Positions 18,813 to 27,024 of a stretch of DNA of 32,000 nucleotides are shown here, piece by piece; positions within the stretch are counted from its first letter, which is position 1, and each line of letters opens with the position of its first letter. The stretch comes from Coprobacillaceae bacterium. Lineage in GTDB: Bacteria > Bacillota_I > Bacilli_A > Erysipelotrichales > Coprobacillaceae. The notes beneath the pieces are model-generated. The model saw only the letters and a program-made list of their open reading frames with translations. It did not search any database and was not told the DNA's origin. Both the position numbers and the translations under genes were made by a program. The DNA lies in contig OY776328.1 of the NCBI GenBank assembly GCA_963675515.1, forward strand, positions 900,001-932,000, read 5' to 3'.

Positions 18813-19028
18813 ATGAGGATTCGAATTTTGAAAATTATTATTATGCATTTGCCATTCGTTCTATTTATAATTACTGCGATATTTTTAAGAATAATTAATG
18901 TACCTTTAGTTTATAAGGCTATATTAATTGTGGCGGTAATTATTTACGGTGTGTTTTTTACAAAAAAATCTAGGAGTTATTTTCAAGACATGCTCTCTGG
19001 CAGCAACGTAAATGAGAACAGGAAATAG
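18813..19028 (+). CDS. Small cationic two-TM membrane protein; candidate circular-bacteriocin immunity protein
   Basis: 71 aa with two hydrophobic helices and a basic tail (KKSRSYF...NENRK). It lies immediately upstream of the bacteriocin gene. Size and character match the small immunity proteins of circular bacteriocin clusters. The assignment rests on context only. Confidence 0.45.
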   Translation: MRIRILKIIIMHLPFVLFIITAIFLRIINVPLVYKAILIVAVIIYGVFFTKKSRSYFQDMLSGSNVNENRK

Positions 19029-19134
19029 ATTTATAGAGGGGTTAAAATTATTTCCAATTTGGCCGTTCTATTCTACATTATCATCAAGTTGATGAAGTTA
19101 TAGATATATATAATTAGAAAGGGGGGTGAATCAA

Positions 19135-19368
19135 ATGGGAGCATTGTTATTTTTAGTCGCTGGAACATTAGGGGTCAGCACAACTATTGCAACATCGGTT
19201 GTTAGCATTGTATTGACAGGGTCAACTATTATCACTATTATTTTGGCACTTACTACAATCCTTTCTGCTGGTGCAGATGCAATTTTGACAATGGGATGGA
19301 CAGCTTTCGTTACAACAATTAAGACTATTGCTCAAAAGCAAGGTATTAAATATGCTGTGGCCTGGTAA
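19135..19368 (+). CDS. Circular bacteriocin precursor, circularin A/uberolysin-like (77 aa: ~7-aa leader plus ~70-aa core)
   Basis: The ATG at 19135 lies 8 nt after the RBS AAAGGGGGG. The track start at 19126 is a GTG inside the RBS. The sequence is MGALLFL/VAGTLGVSTTIATSVVSIVLTGSTIITIILALTTILSAGADAILTMGWTAFVTTIKTIAQKQGIKYAVAW. It aligns along its whole length with my recollection of circularin A (MFL/VAGALGVQT...LMTIGWATFKATVQKLAKQSMARAIAY). The C-terminus resembles AS-48 (...AVIAW). DUF95 and ABC ATPase genes lie downstream. Confidence 0.8.
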   Translation: MGALLFLVAGTLGVSTTIATSVVSIVLTGSTIITIILALTTILSAGADAILTMGWTAFVTTIKTIAQKQGIKYAVAW

Positions 19369-19436
19369 CTATTCCAAAAAATCAATAGTCGAATGGCGTG
19401 TGCTACACGCTTTCGGCTATTTTAATTATAATAAAG

Positions 19437-21114
19437 GGTAGTGTCAAATTCGTTATGGAAAAACAGTGATTTTTTCATAATAGAGTTTCGTGTTCGTTTT
19501 GTCGGTAATACCTAAGCGCTTCTTCCATGAGGATGTTCCACTTGTTTGGCATGTTATGAGTTTTCTTCAAACAATCCAATTCAACTGGTGGCTTGTATCC
19601 CAGGGAGGTGTGATTTCTTAGGAAATTGAAATATGTTGTGAACAGACACATGAAATCATTTGCGCCATCCAATGAGTTGAAGCCATTTTTGATCGCGTAG
19701 GTTTCTCCAAATGTTCTATTCAAACGCTCTATTATTTGTTTGGCAGGGCGATGTTCTTTTGATACAGGATCATCATTCGTAAGTCCAATTACTTGAGTCA
19801 CTTTAAAAAATACTCTTTTGATTTGAAAATACTGTTGAGCGGCTTTATATATCGGATTTCCGTCAACAACGATCTCAAAGTCAGTCGGTAACTTTTTGAA
19901 TTTTCTCATGACTGAATAAAAGGCATTTATAGCCGCAAAGGTATCTCTTTTCATGAAAATTCGATACGAAGTTATTATTTTTTTCCTAACATCGCACATG
20001 AAAAATACATAGGCTTTTTTTCCTAAAACTTTGACGTATGTTTCGTCTCCACAATGATACGAGTTCAAATCGTGCTTGTAGTTATCCATCCACGGAAATA
20101 GGAGATGGCTGGCTGCCTGAGCGTAGTTAGCTATTGTTTGATGGGATATTTTGATATCGTGAATCTCGTATAAAACCAAAGCGGTTTTTCTAAGAGACAG
20201 GCCATAATTAACGTAATACGTCAACGCTAGGCCTAAAACATGCTTAGAATTGTGGATTCTGGAGAGATCAACTTTTGATGGTGCTATTTTCAGCTGGATG
20301 CTTTCAAGTTTTTCGATTGAAGCATCGAAGACGCGGGTTATGTAGTGAAGCGAGAATTTAGAAGGATTTACCTTGTATTTCTTTTTATCTTCTTTTGTTA
20401 GTTTCTTCAACTCACTCTTATAGTGAGAACATCTAGAGTTTTGACATTTATAGACATCAAAACCATCACGTGATTTGATCAACGTCAACTTGCGGCCGCA
20501 GTGAGGACACTTGCGGATCAATTGTTGCGAATAACTCTTATTAAGTGAGAAAGTCGTATCACAAACTTTGCACTTAACTTGGGATTTCTTGATTCCGTTG
20601 TTGAAAGTCAGGTATTCATGAGTGGCGCCGCAATGTGGGCAAACAGTATCTTCAGATGGATAGTCTTTGCCTTCATGTCTAAACACCGGTTTCAAAGGTC
20701 GTTTATGTTTGGATTCATACTCATCCCTGGCCTGTTGAAATGGGATGGGGATTAATTGCGGTTCAATAACAGGAAGCGGATGCATTTTGAAACGACGATA
20801 TGGTTCACTCTTACTTGAATCCGTACCATCACTGGGAAGATGCTTTAGCAGGAAACACTCAAATTTGTACAAAAATCTACGAATGATATTTAAAAAATTG
20901 ATTATTAATGATATAATTTTGACCATGGTAACAGTCCTCCTTATTGTGGTTTAGACACTTACAATTATGAGGCTGTTACCTTTTTTTGTAAACAAAATGG
21001 TCAAATTATAGGGTGAAATCCGGGGGAATTTACCTAAATATATAAAAAACCAAGGTAGAATGCGGTTTTCCAGTTAATTATGGTTGTAAATAACTAACTG
21101 GTTTTGACACTACC
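19437..21114 (-). mobile_element. IS6-family-like insertion sequence (long form with Zn-finger N-terminal extension), 1678 bp
   Basis: Perfect 12-bp terminal inverted repeats GGTAGTGTCAAA sit at 19437-19448 and, as complement, at 21103-21114. An 8-bp target duplication TAATAAAG lies at 19429-19436 and 21115-21122. There is a single transposase ORF. Confidence 0.8.
19475..20926 (-). CDS. IS6-family-like DDE transposase with N-terminal zinc-ribbon region
   Basis: 483 aa with RBS AAGGAGG. CxxC pairs: CPHCG...CKVCD and CPHCG...C. The DDE core resembles IS26/IS257-type transposases (GDETYVKVLGKKAYVFFMCD, VVDGNPIY, QIIERLNRTF). Confidence 0.85.
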   Translation of the reverse strand: MVKIISLIINFLNIIRRFLYKFECFLLKHLPSDGTDSSKSEPYRRFKMHPLPVIEPQLIPIPFQQARDEYESKHKRPLKPVFRHEGKDYPSEDTVCPHCGATHEYLTFNNGIKKSQVKCKVCDTTFSLNKSYSQQLIRKCPHCGRKLTLIKSRDGFDVYKCQNSRCSHYKSELKKLTKEDKKKYKVNPSKFSLHYITRVFDASIEKLESIQLKIAPSKVDLSRIHNSKHVLGLALTYYVNYGLSLRKTALVLYEIHDIKISHQTIANYAQAASHLLFPWMDNYKHDLNSYHCGDETYVKVLGKKAYVFFMCDVRKKIITSYRIFMKRDTFAAINAFYSVMRKFKKLPTDFEIVVDGNPIYKAAQQYFQIKRVFFKVTQVIGLTNDDPVSKEHRPAKQIIERLNRTFGETYAIKNGFNSLDGANDFMCLFTTYFNFLRNHTSLGYKPPVELDCLKKTHNMPNKWNILMEEALRYYRQNEHETLL

Positions 21115-21137
21115 TAATAAAGGTAGGTACATTTATT

Positions 21138-22259
21138 ATGAAAATTACTAATTATGTTAAAATGATATGTTTATTTTATAAAAACATATCACTTGAGAAA
21201 ATATCATTTATAGCAAGGAAAATGAAAAGTGATAATCCATTTAGAATGCATTTAATTTGTGAATCATTGAAACTGTTTAGTTCAATTTTGATGATTATCT
21301 TGTTATATAATAATGTATATAGTTATAACACAAATCTATTTGTTTCCATTTTATTGTTAATTTACCTTGTACAAAATTTGTTGATGCTTGTGGGTCCCTG
21401 GAAGATAATAAGAAAGAGATTCAAATATAGTTACTTACGGATGACTGCTTCCGGAGATTGTATGTATCTCCGAAAAGTTATTGTGCTTAACTTTTTTGTT
21501 GAATATTTATTATCACTTCCAATGAATTTGCCTATTTTGATTGGACTTATAGTCACAGCCAATTTGTTTGCGGTGCTGTTAGCCATAAATATTAGTGCGT
21601 TATCATTTCTTTTCTACATAATCAGACATTCTCAAAAGATGTTGAGAAAAGGACCAATGGCTACAATAATGTTTTTTGTTTCACGTATGTGCACATTTTC
21701 AATAGGTTACTTATTTGCATTTATATTATCAAGATTGGTCTTAATATCTAGATCTGGAATAAAAGAATTTGGTTTGTCCGTAATGTACGTTTCATGGGTG
21801 GATAGTATAATTAACGATTCTTTGTTTTCCATAACAAAATATTTTCGTAATATATTATTAAACGTCGATTACTATCTAGTAAACGACTATCGAATTATTA
21901 GTTTTCTATTAATATTGATATTATTTTTCGTATTTATTTCGTTAATGATTTTGAAACGTATTTCTAAAGAAATCATACAAATAACATACAAATTACCAAA
22001 TTGCTATATTAACTCATTAAGTAAATTTGAAAATAAACATGAAATTGATAATCCGTTTTTGTTCAAAGATCTGTGCATTTTCATTGATAAAACAAGGAAA
22101 CTTGAGTACAGTCCAATGGAGTTCCTATTTACGAATGAGCTGTTCTTTTTTATAGGGATAAATATAGTATTTTTACCACTAATCAATAATTATTTTATCT
22201 TTGCGTTTTTATTTGTTTTTGAACTTTTTTTCTTAATTGACCACCAAATACATCCTTAA
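21138..22259 (+). pseudogene. N-terminal part of the IS-disrupted large polytopic membrane protein (CirB/As-48B-like maturation protein)
   Basis: Multi-TM ORF. Its last 9 codons and the stop at 22257-22259 are read from the left end of an IS. Native sequence ends at the TSD at 22224-22231. Confidence 0.7.
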
Positions 22260-22289
22260 ATCTAATAATGATTTACACACCGTTTTTCC

Positions 22290-23433
22290 GGCTATGTTAG
22301 CCCAAAGCAATGCTTTCATAGATGAAGCCTGTTCCAATATAATTTTCTCGCCTAAAATCACAATGGCATTGATAAATATCCACAAAATAATCATGGACGT
22401 CTCTAGCTCTTGTTTCAATCATGTATGCTATGTACGCCAGATATTCATTAAGGTATTTAGAAGATATCCCATTGTGTTTTTTCATATACTTTTCAATTTG
22501 AGAATGCACGTAATTGACGTGATTTATGTGGTAGATTCCTCGCTTTGCCTTGCTTTTTGCTGGAAACGCATAATGGTCGATTTTCAGACTCTCACTTAAT
22601 CTTCGATATACGAATAATCCATCCGTACAAAGCGTTGTTGCTTTTTGAAGGTGTTTCAGATATACAGCGGTTGTCGTTTCGTTATCAAGCGTTGTCGATC
22701 CGATCTTAGCGACCTTGAGTAATATATGGCCGTTCCTGTCAACCGCGCTTGCTATTTGTACGGCATCGGTTATATTTTGATCTTTCTTGTCTCTACGGTT
22801 ACCTTTTCGTCCTCTTTTATAGGGCTTCCTGGGTAATGGTTTTGCCGCCTGTTTACTGTGATTCCCGGAATAACTGATGTTTACGCTCATTTCATCTAAT
22901 TCCACAATCCCGCTAAGCTCAACGTTTTCCATCCTGTGAGCTAGCGCGTTCAATATTTTATGGCGCATGAAAAAACTGCATTTTAACGACACTCCTGCAT
23001 ATTTGGCACAGTCCCTCAAATCTTCGTCATGGCTCATTATTATCAGATACTTAAGCCAGGTTATATAAGAAAGTTTGGTATTCTCCAAAATTGTACCAAC
23101 ATACGGAGTAAAAGTTTTACCGCAATCAATGCATCTAAAACGTTGTGTTTTGTTTTTGTAGTGGCCATCTCGTTTAATATGATGGTGACCGCAACGAGGG
23201 CACGAAATTGAATCGTTGTGTTTGGCTTCTAATGCATCCACAAGGATCTTGGTGTAATCATTTAGAAGTTGACGGTCCTGAATGAAAACAATTAGGGCGT
23301 TTAAATCATCGCTGTTTAAAGTATCCAGTTCATTCTTAATTTTTTCTAATTCCATGGTTATCCCACCTCTTCTCTATTATACACCTAATTCTACAGGAAA
23401 AGTCGATAAACATCTTTATGGGCTAACATAGCC
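22290..23433 (-). mobile_element. IS1595-family-like element A (1144 bp), nested 50 bp inside the left end of element B
   Basis: 14-bp perfect inverted repeats are GGCTATGTTAGCCC (22290-22303) and GGGCTAACATAGCC (23420-23433). The 8-bp target duplication GTTTTTCC lies at 22282-22289 and 23434-23441. Confidence 0.8.
22297..23355 (-). CDS. IS1595-family transposase (zinc ribbon plus ISXO2-like DDE domain)
   Basis: 352 aa with RBS AGAGGTGGG. Zinc ribbon: CPRCGHHHIKRDG...FRCIDCGKTF. It has an ELDEMSV acidic motif. The stop codon lies in the terminal repeat. Confidence 0.85.
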   Translation of the reverse strand: MELEKIKNELDTLNSDDLNALIVFIQDRQLLNDYTKILVDALEAKHNDSISCPRCGHHHIKRDGHYKNKTQRFRCIDCGKTFTPYVGTILENTKLSYITWLKYLIIMSHDEDLRDCAKYAGVSLKCSFFMRHKILNALAHRMENVELSGIVELDEMSVNISYSGNHSKQAAKPLPRKPYKRGRKGNRRDKKDQNITDAVQIASAVDRNGHILLKVAKIGSTTLDNETTTAVYLKHLQKATTLCTDGLFVYRRLSESLKIDHYAFPAKSKAKRGIYHINHVNYVHSQIEKYMKKHNGISSKYLNEYLAYIAYMIETRARDVHDYFVDIYQCHCDFRRENYIGTGFIYESIALG

Positions 23434-23511
23434 GTTTTTCCGCCTTCTAAATTCTTGGTTTTTAGTGATTAGACTTCATCACTTTGGTATGATATTACCG
23501 AGGTGATATCA

Positions 23512-24483
23512 ATGGCAATAAAACTAAAACCGAAGAAAGATTCTTTAATAACTCTTACTAGAAAATATGCTAATGACAATGATGAATGTGTGAAGTTCTT
23601 CTTCACTATCAAGTGGCCTGAAGGGTTCTACTGTGAAAAGTGCGGTTGTACGCATTACTACTTCATTGAAAGTAGAAAAGCTTATCAATGCAAGGAATGC
23701 AAACATCAGCACTATCTGCTAGCAGGTACCATATTCCAGGACACCAAGCTCGAACTTTACAAACTGATCTTAGGCATGTATATTTTCTTTACCTCCAATA
23801 AAGGTGTTTCAGCAATAGAACTCGCAAGTGAACTCGACGTCAATTACAAAACAGCCTTACTTCTTGCCAGAAAATGTCGAATTTTGATGGCTCAAAGCTG
23901 TAGTGAAAAGATGCTCGATAGCTTGTTTTATGAAGCTGACGTCGCATATATTGGATCCAAGAGCAAAGAGAAGAATCGTCAAGGTTGTGCTACAGAGCAA
24001 CAGCCTTTTTTGGTCGTACTTTCGACGGATGCAGAAAATCATTACCCAAAATACATCAAACTTCACCCTATTCCAACCGACAATCAAATCCAGGTAAAAA
24101 ATGTCATCTCGAAGAGCATCAAACTATCAAAGGATCGAAAACTGAATACCGATGGCAAAACTACATTTAACAAAATTGAGGATGAGATTGAGTTGTGTAA
24201 GGAAAAGATCATTTACAAAGAGGATGATCATCGCTTGTATTGGATTAACACTTTGATTGGTGATATCAAAAACAATATCACTGGAATATATCATGGCGTA
24301 GCAAAGCGGGATCTGCCTTTATTCCTAAATGAGCAGGAGTGGCGCTTCAACCACCGTTATACAGGTGCTTATTTCATGGATAAAATAAGAAAATATCTGC
24401 TACTTTCATCGCCGATGCCAAAAAGAAAAATCGTAACGGTTCTTAACTTAGCAGAATCATATTTTTCAAGTACATGTATCTGA
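23512..24483 (+). CDS. IS1595-family transposase of element B
   Basis: The likely start is the ATG at 23512, 6 nt after GAGGTG. The track start at 23503 is the GTG inside that RBS. N-terminal motif: FFFTIKWPEGFYCEKCGCTHYY...YQCKECKHQH...AGTIFQDTKL. It has an EADVAYIG motif. The stop lies inside the right inverted repeat. Confidence 0.8.
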   Translation: MAIKLKPKKDSLITLTRKYANDNDECVKFFFTIKWPEGFYCEKCGCTHYYFIESRKAYQCKECKHQHYLLAGTIFQDTKLELYKLILGMYIFFTSNKGVSAIELASELDVNYKTALLLARKCRILMAQSCSEKMLDSLFYEADVAYIGSKSKEKNRQGCATEQQPFLVVLSTDAENHYPKYIKLHPIPTDNQIQVKNVISKSIKLSKDRKLNTDGKTTFNKIEDEIELCKEKIIYKEDDHRLYWINTLIGDIKNNITGIYHGVAKRDLPLFLNEQEWRFNHRYTGAYFMDKIRKYLLLSSPMPKRKIVTVLNLAESYFSSTCI

Positions 24484-24503
24484 TGGTCAATTAAGCTTTT
24501 TTT

Positions 24504-25107
24504 TATAATTGTAGGAAATTTAAGAATTGTAACATATAGATTTGATGAAGTGTTTAGATTTAGAAGCGATATCGATAAATGGAAAATAATTTACTTGTCG
24601 GGCACTAGAGGAACATATCAGGTCTTGTTTTCAAAATATTATTTGTTGAAGCACCTTGCCAAAATCCCTTGTTTATTTACTTGTTTTGTGTTATTTGTAA
24701 TGTTTTCTGGCTATATGTCAATATATGCTACCATTCTTATTCTAGATATTGCGATCGTCATTGCACTCTTTAGCGATATAGTTAAATGGATACTGAGAAC
24801 AGATTACGATTTTTATTGTATAATTATTAAAAACAAGTACGCAGTTAATGAGGTCTCGATTGAGGATTATTTGGGTTATAATCTGGTATCCAATGCAAAT
24901 AAAACGGTACATAGGTTGTTTTTGTTTGTTACATTTTTTATTTTAATATTATGTTCGTTTTTGAAGTTAATTTCAGGATGGCAATGGGTTATATTTTATG
25001 TTACATATTTAATTGTTTTCGTGATCGATATAAAAGCAAATTCTATGTACTATCCTACGGATAAAATAATTAAAATTGGAAGGAGAGAATTGAATGAGCA
25101 GAATTAA
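24504..25107 (+). pseudogene. C-terminal part of the IS-disrupted CirB/As-48B-like membrane protein
   Basis: The frame is open from the right target duplication. The track ORF 24550-25107 merely starts at an internal GTG. Joining 22231 to 24504 keeps the frame (see findings). Confidence 0.7.
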
Positions 25108-25621
25108 TAGAATAATATCCGGGCATGTCAAATACTTATGTATTTCTATATCTGTTTATATTTTAGGGATAATTTTTGGAATGATTATTTCAGCTGATAC
25201 GAAATTGACTATCAATCCAACTAGTATGCAATTTGTTGAAACATTTGTCCACAATGAAATAATCGGGTTAGGTTTGGTTGTTTTTGGAATTGTAACGTTT
25301 GGATTTTTCAATACTATTTTCCTGGCATACAATGGGTTTTCATTGGGTTTGATAATAATTGGCGTATACAATCAATATGGTATAAGTCCATTGATTTCTG
25401 GTGTTGCCCCACATGCTCTAATTGAAACTTTTGCCATAACAATGTCATGTACGCTAGGATATGAGTCGTTGCGCCTTGTAAAGATGGTAAAAAATAATTT
25501 AGATTCGGATATAAAGGGAAAAATTTATATAAGTGATTTTATAATATTACTAATATCCACTAGTTTGCTATATGTTGTCGGGGCATTCATAGAATCATCA
25601 TTCTCAAATGTAATAATATAA
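25094..25621 (+). CDS. DUF95/SpoIIM-family membrane protein (As-48C/CirC-like)
   Basis: 175 aa with about 4 TM segments and RBS GGAGAG. It overlaps the upstream gene by 14 nt. The conserved PH-x-x-x-E motif (APHALIETFAIT) is typical of SpoIIM/DUF95 proteins found in circular bacteriocin clusters. Confidence 0.7.
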   Translation: MSRINRIISGHVKYLCISISVYILGIIFGMIISADTKLTINPTSMQFVETFVHNEIIGLGLVVFGIVTFGFFNTIFLAYNGFSLGLIIIGVYNQYGISPLISGVAPHALIETFAITMSCTLGYESLRLVKMVKNNLDSDIKGKIYISDFIILLISTSLLYVVGAFIESSFSNVII

Positions 25622-25634
25622 AGGGGGCAAGAAA

Positions 25635-26264
25635 ATGAATGATGTAGTACTTGATATAAAAGAGTTATCATATAGTTATGACGGGAAAAAATTTATCTTA
25701 AAAAATATAAACTTTTTCATTAGAGAAGGAGAGGTGGTAAAACTTAGTGGACCTAACGGGGTTGGCAAATCGACATTTCTTAATATAGTTTCAGGTCTAA
25801 TTGATGATTCCAATTTAGAATATACTGCGGAATTTCAAAATGAGGAGATAATATTTGAAAATATGCGTTCTAGAATATCTTTTGTACTGGATACACCAGA
25901 ATTATTCGATCAACTTACTGGATCTGAAAACATTAAAATGTACAGCTTACTGTTTGAGTGTGATGATGCATATTTTGATAGAGTTCTGGACTGGTGCAAT
26001 AAATATCGTATAATAGATTTTTTAAGCCGTCCGGTAGAAGAGTATTCCTTGGGTACTCGACATAAATTGTTCTTAGCGATACTCATATCGAGAAAAGTTG
26101 ATCTTATTCTTTTAGATGAGCCTTTCAATGCTTTGGATGATTCTAGTAGAAAATACCTTGTTGGGCATATTAATTCTTGTAGAGACTCTTCGTTCATCAT
26201 TGTTTCACATCTTAATCAACCTGGTCTGAAATTGGATAGGGATTTTGAAATGAAATTATATTAA
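25635..26264 (+). CDS. ABC transporter ATP-binding protein (As-48D/CirD-like)
   Basis: 209 aa with RBS AAGGGGG. Walker A: GPNGVGKST. Degenerate signature: YSLGTRHKL. Walker B: LILLDEPFNALD. No cognate permease gene is adjacent. Confidence 0.85.
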   Translation: MNDVVLDIKELSYSYDGKKFILKNINFFIREGEVVKLSGPNGVGKSTFLNIVSGLIDDSNLEYTAEFQNEEIIFENMRSRISFVLDTPELFDQLTGSENIKMYSLLFECDDAYFDRVLDWCNKYRIIDFLSRPVEEYSLGTRHKLFLAILISRKVDLILLDEPFNALDDSSRKYLVGHINSCRDSSFIIVSHLNQPGLKLDRDFEMKLY

Positions 26265-26289
26265 CCTTAGTTCCTAGTCGGCTTTTCTT

Positions 26290-26783
26290 GAACTGATTGT
26301 CAGAAGCTTGGAAGCGGCCTGCCAGAACGATCCTAAGGGTCATGAAGACATGGCTTTGGGTCAATACATGACCAGAATGGCTTTCTCGAACGTGGTACTT
26401 GGTGTGGTCCATGGGGTGGCTCATCCACTAAGCGCATTTATGACACGCCTCATGGCATCGCCGATGCCGTGTTGATTCCTTACGTGATGGAGTACAACAA
26501 AGACTTCACCGGAGCAAAATTCAAGGAAATCGCCAAAGCGATGGGTGTAAGTGGTGTCGAAGCCATGAGCGAAGCTGAGTACAAGCAAGCCGCTATCGAT
26601 GCGGTTGTCACCCTTTCTAAAAACTGTGGAATTCCTTAGACCTTGAAGGAAATCGGTGTCAAGGAAGAAGACCTTGAAGCCTTGATTGAAGCTGCCATGG
26701 CCGATGTGTGCACCGGTGGGAATCCTCGTCCTTGCCAAGGCGACGAGATCCTGGCATTATACAAAACAGCATATAACGGATAA
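26290..26783 (+). pseudogene. Decayed duplicate of the fucO 3' end (last ~165 codons)
   Basis: Collinear with 16479-16973. It has a 1-nt deletion in the T-run at ~26437-26439 (GCATTTATGAC versus GCATTTTATGAC). It has an in-frame TAG at 26637-26639 (CAG in the intact copy). Several substitutions are non-synonymous. There is no 5' part and no start codon. Confidence 0.85.
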
Positions 26784-26906
26784 TTTCTGCCAAAATTGTT
26801 CGAACCTTCCAATATAATTTAATCATTTGCAACTAATCCATTATCTATTTTATAACACTAATCCTATAATATAAGACCGTGCCCTTGGCACGGTCTTTAA
26901 TTTGAA
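26290..26906 (+). repeat. Right copy of the ~620-bp direct repeat (fucO remnant, 3' UTR and terminator copy)
   Basis: See the left copy at 16479-17098. The terminator copy AAGACCGTGCCCTTGGCACGGTCTTT lies at 26873-26898. Confidence 0.85.
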
Positions 26907-27024
26907 AAATCGTTATTCAGATAATGTGACTTGCTGAAACTGGTCTTGGTTTCCTAGTTATTGCTCCAATAATCTCATGTTCATTTTGAAATATGAATAT
27001 TGTGATTGGTTTTCTAAAATTCTA

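Larger units (their letters stand above)
22232..24495 (+). mobile_element. IS1595-family-like element B (about 1112 bp without its nested guest)
   Basis: 22-bp inverted repeats are CTTAATTGACCACCAAATACAT (22232-22253) and ATGTATCTGATGGTCAATTAAG (24474-24495), 20 of 22 complementary. The 8-bp target duplication CTTTTTTT lies at 22224-22231 and 24496-24503. Confidence 0.75.

Noticed and set aside
17099-26289. Looked for an integrase or recombinase, or short att-type repeats, that would explain insertion of the bacteriocin segment at fucO
   Set aside because: I found none. The only mobility genes are the IS transposases, whose own target duplications show they arrived independently. The integration mechanism therefore stays open.
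26907-27024. Searched for an agrD gene immediately downstream of agrB on the minus strand
   Set aside because: The only ORF there is 8 codons (MNMRLLEQ), with no Cys or Ser ring residue. The AgrD-like gene is at 31737-31856 instead.
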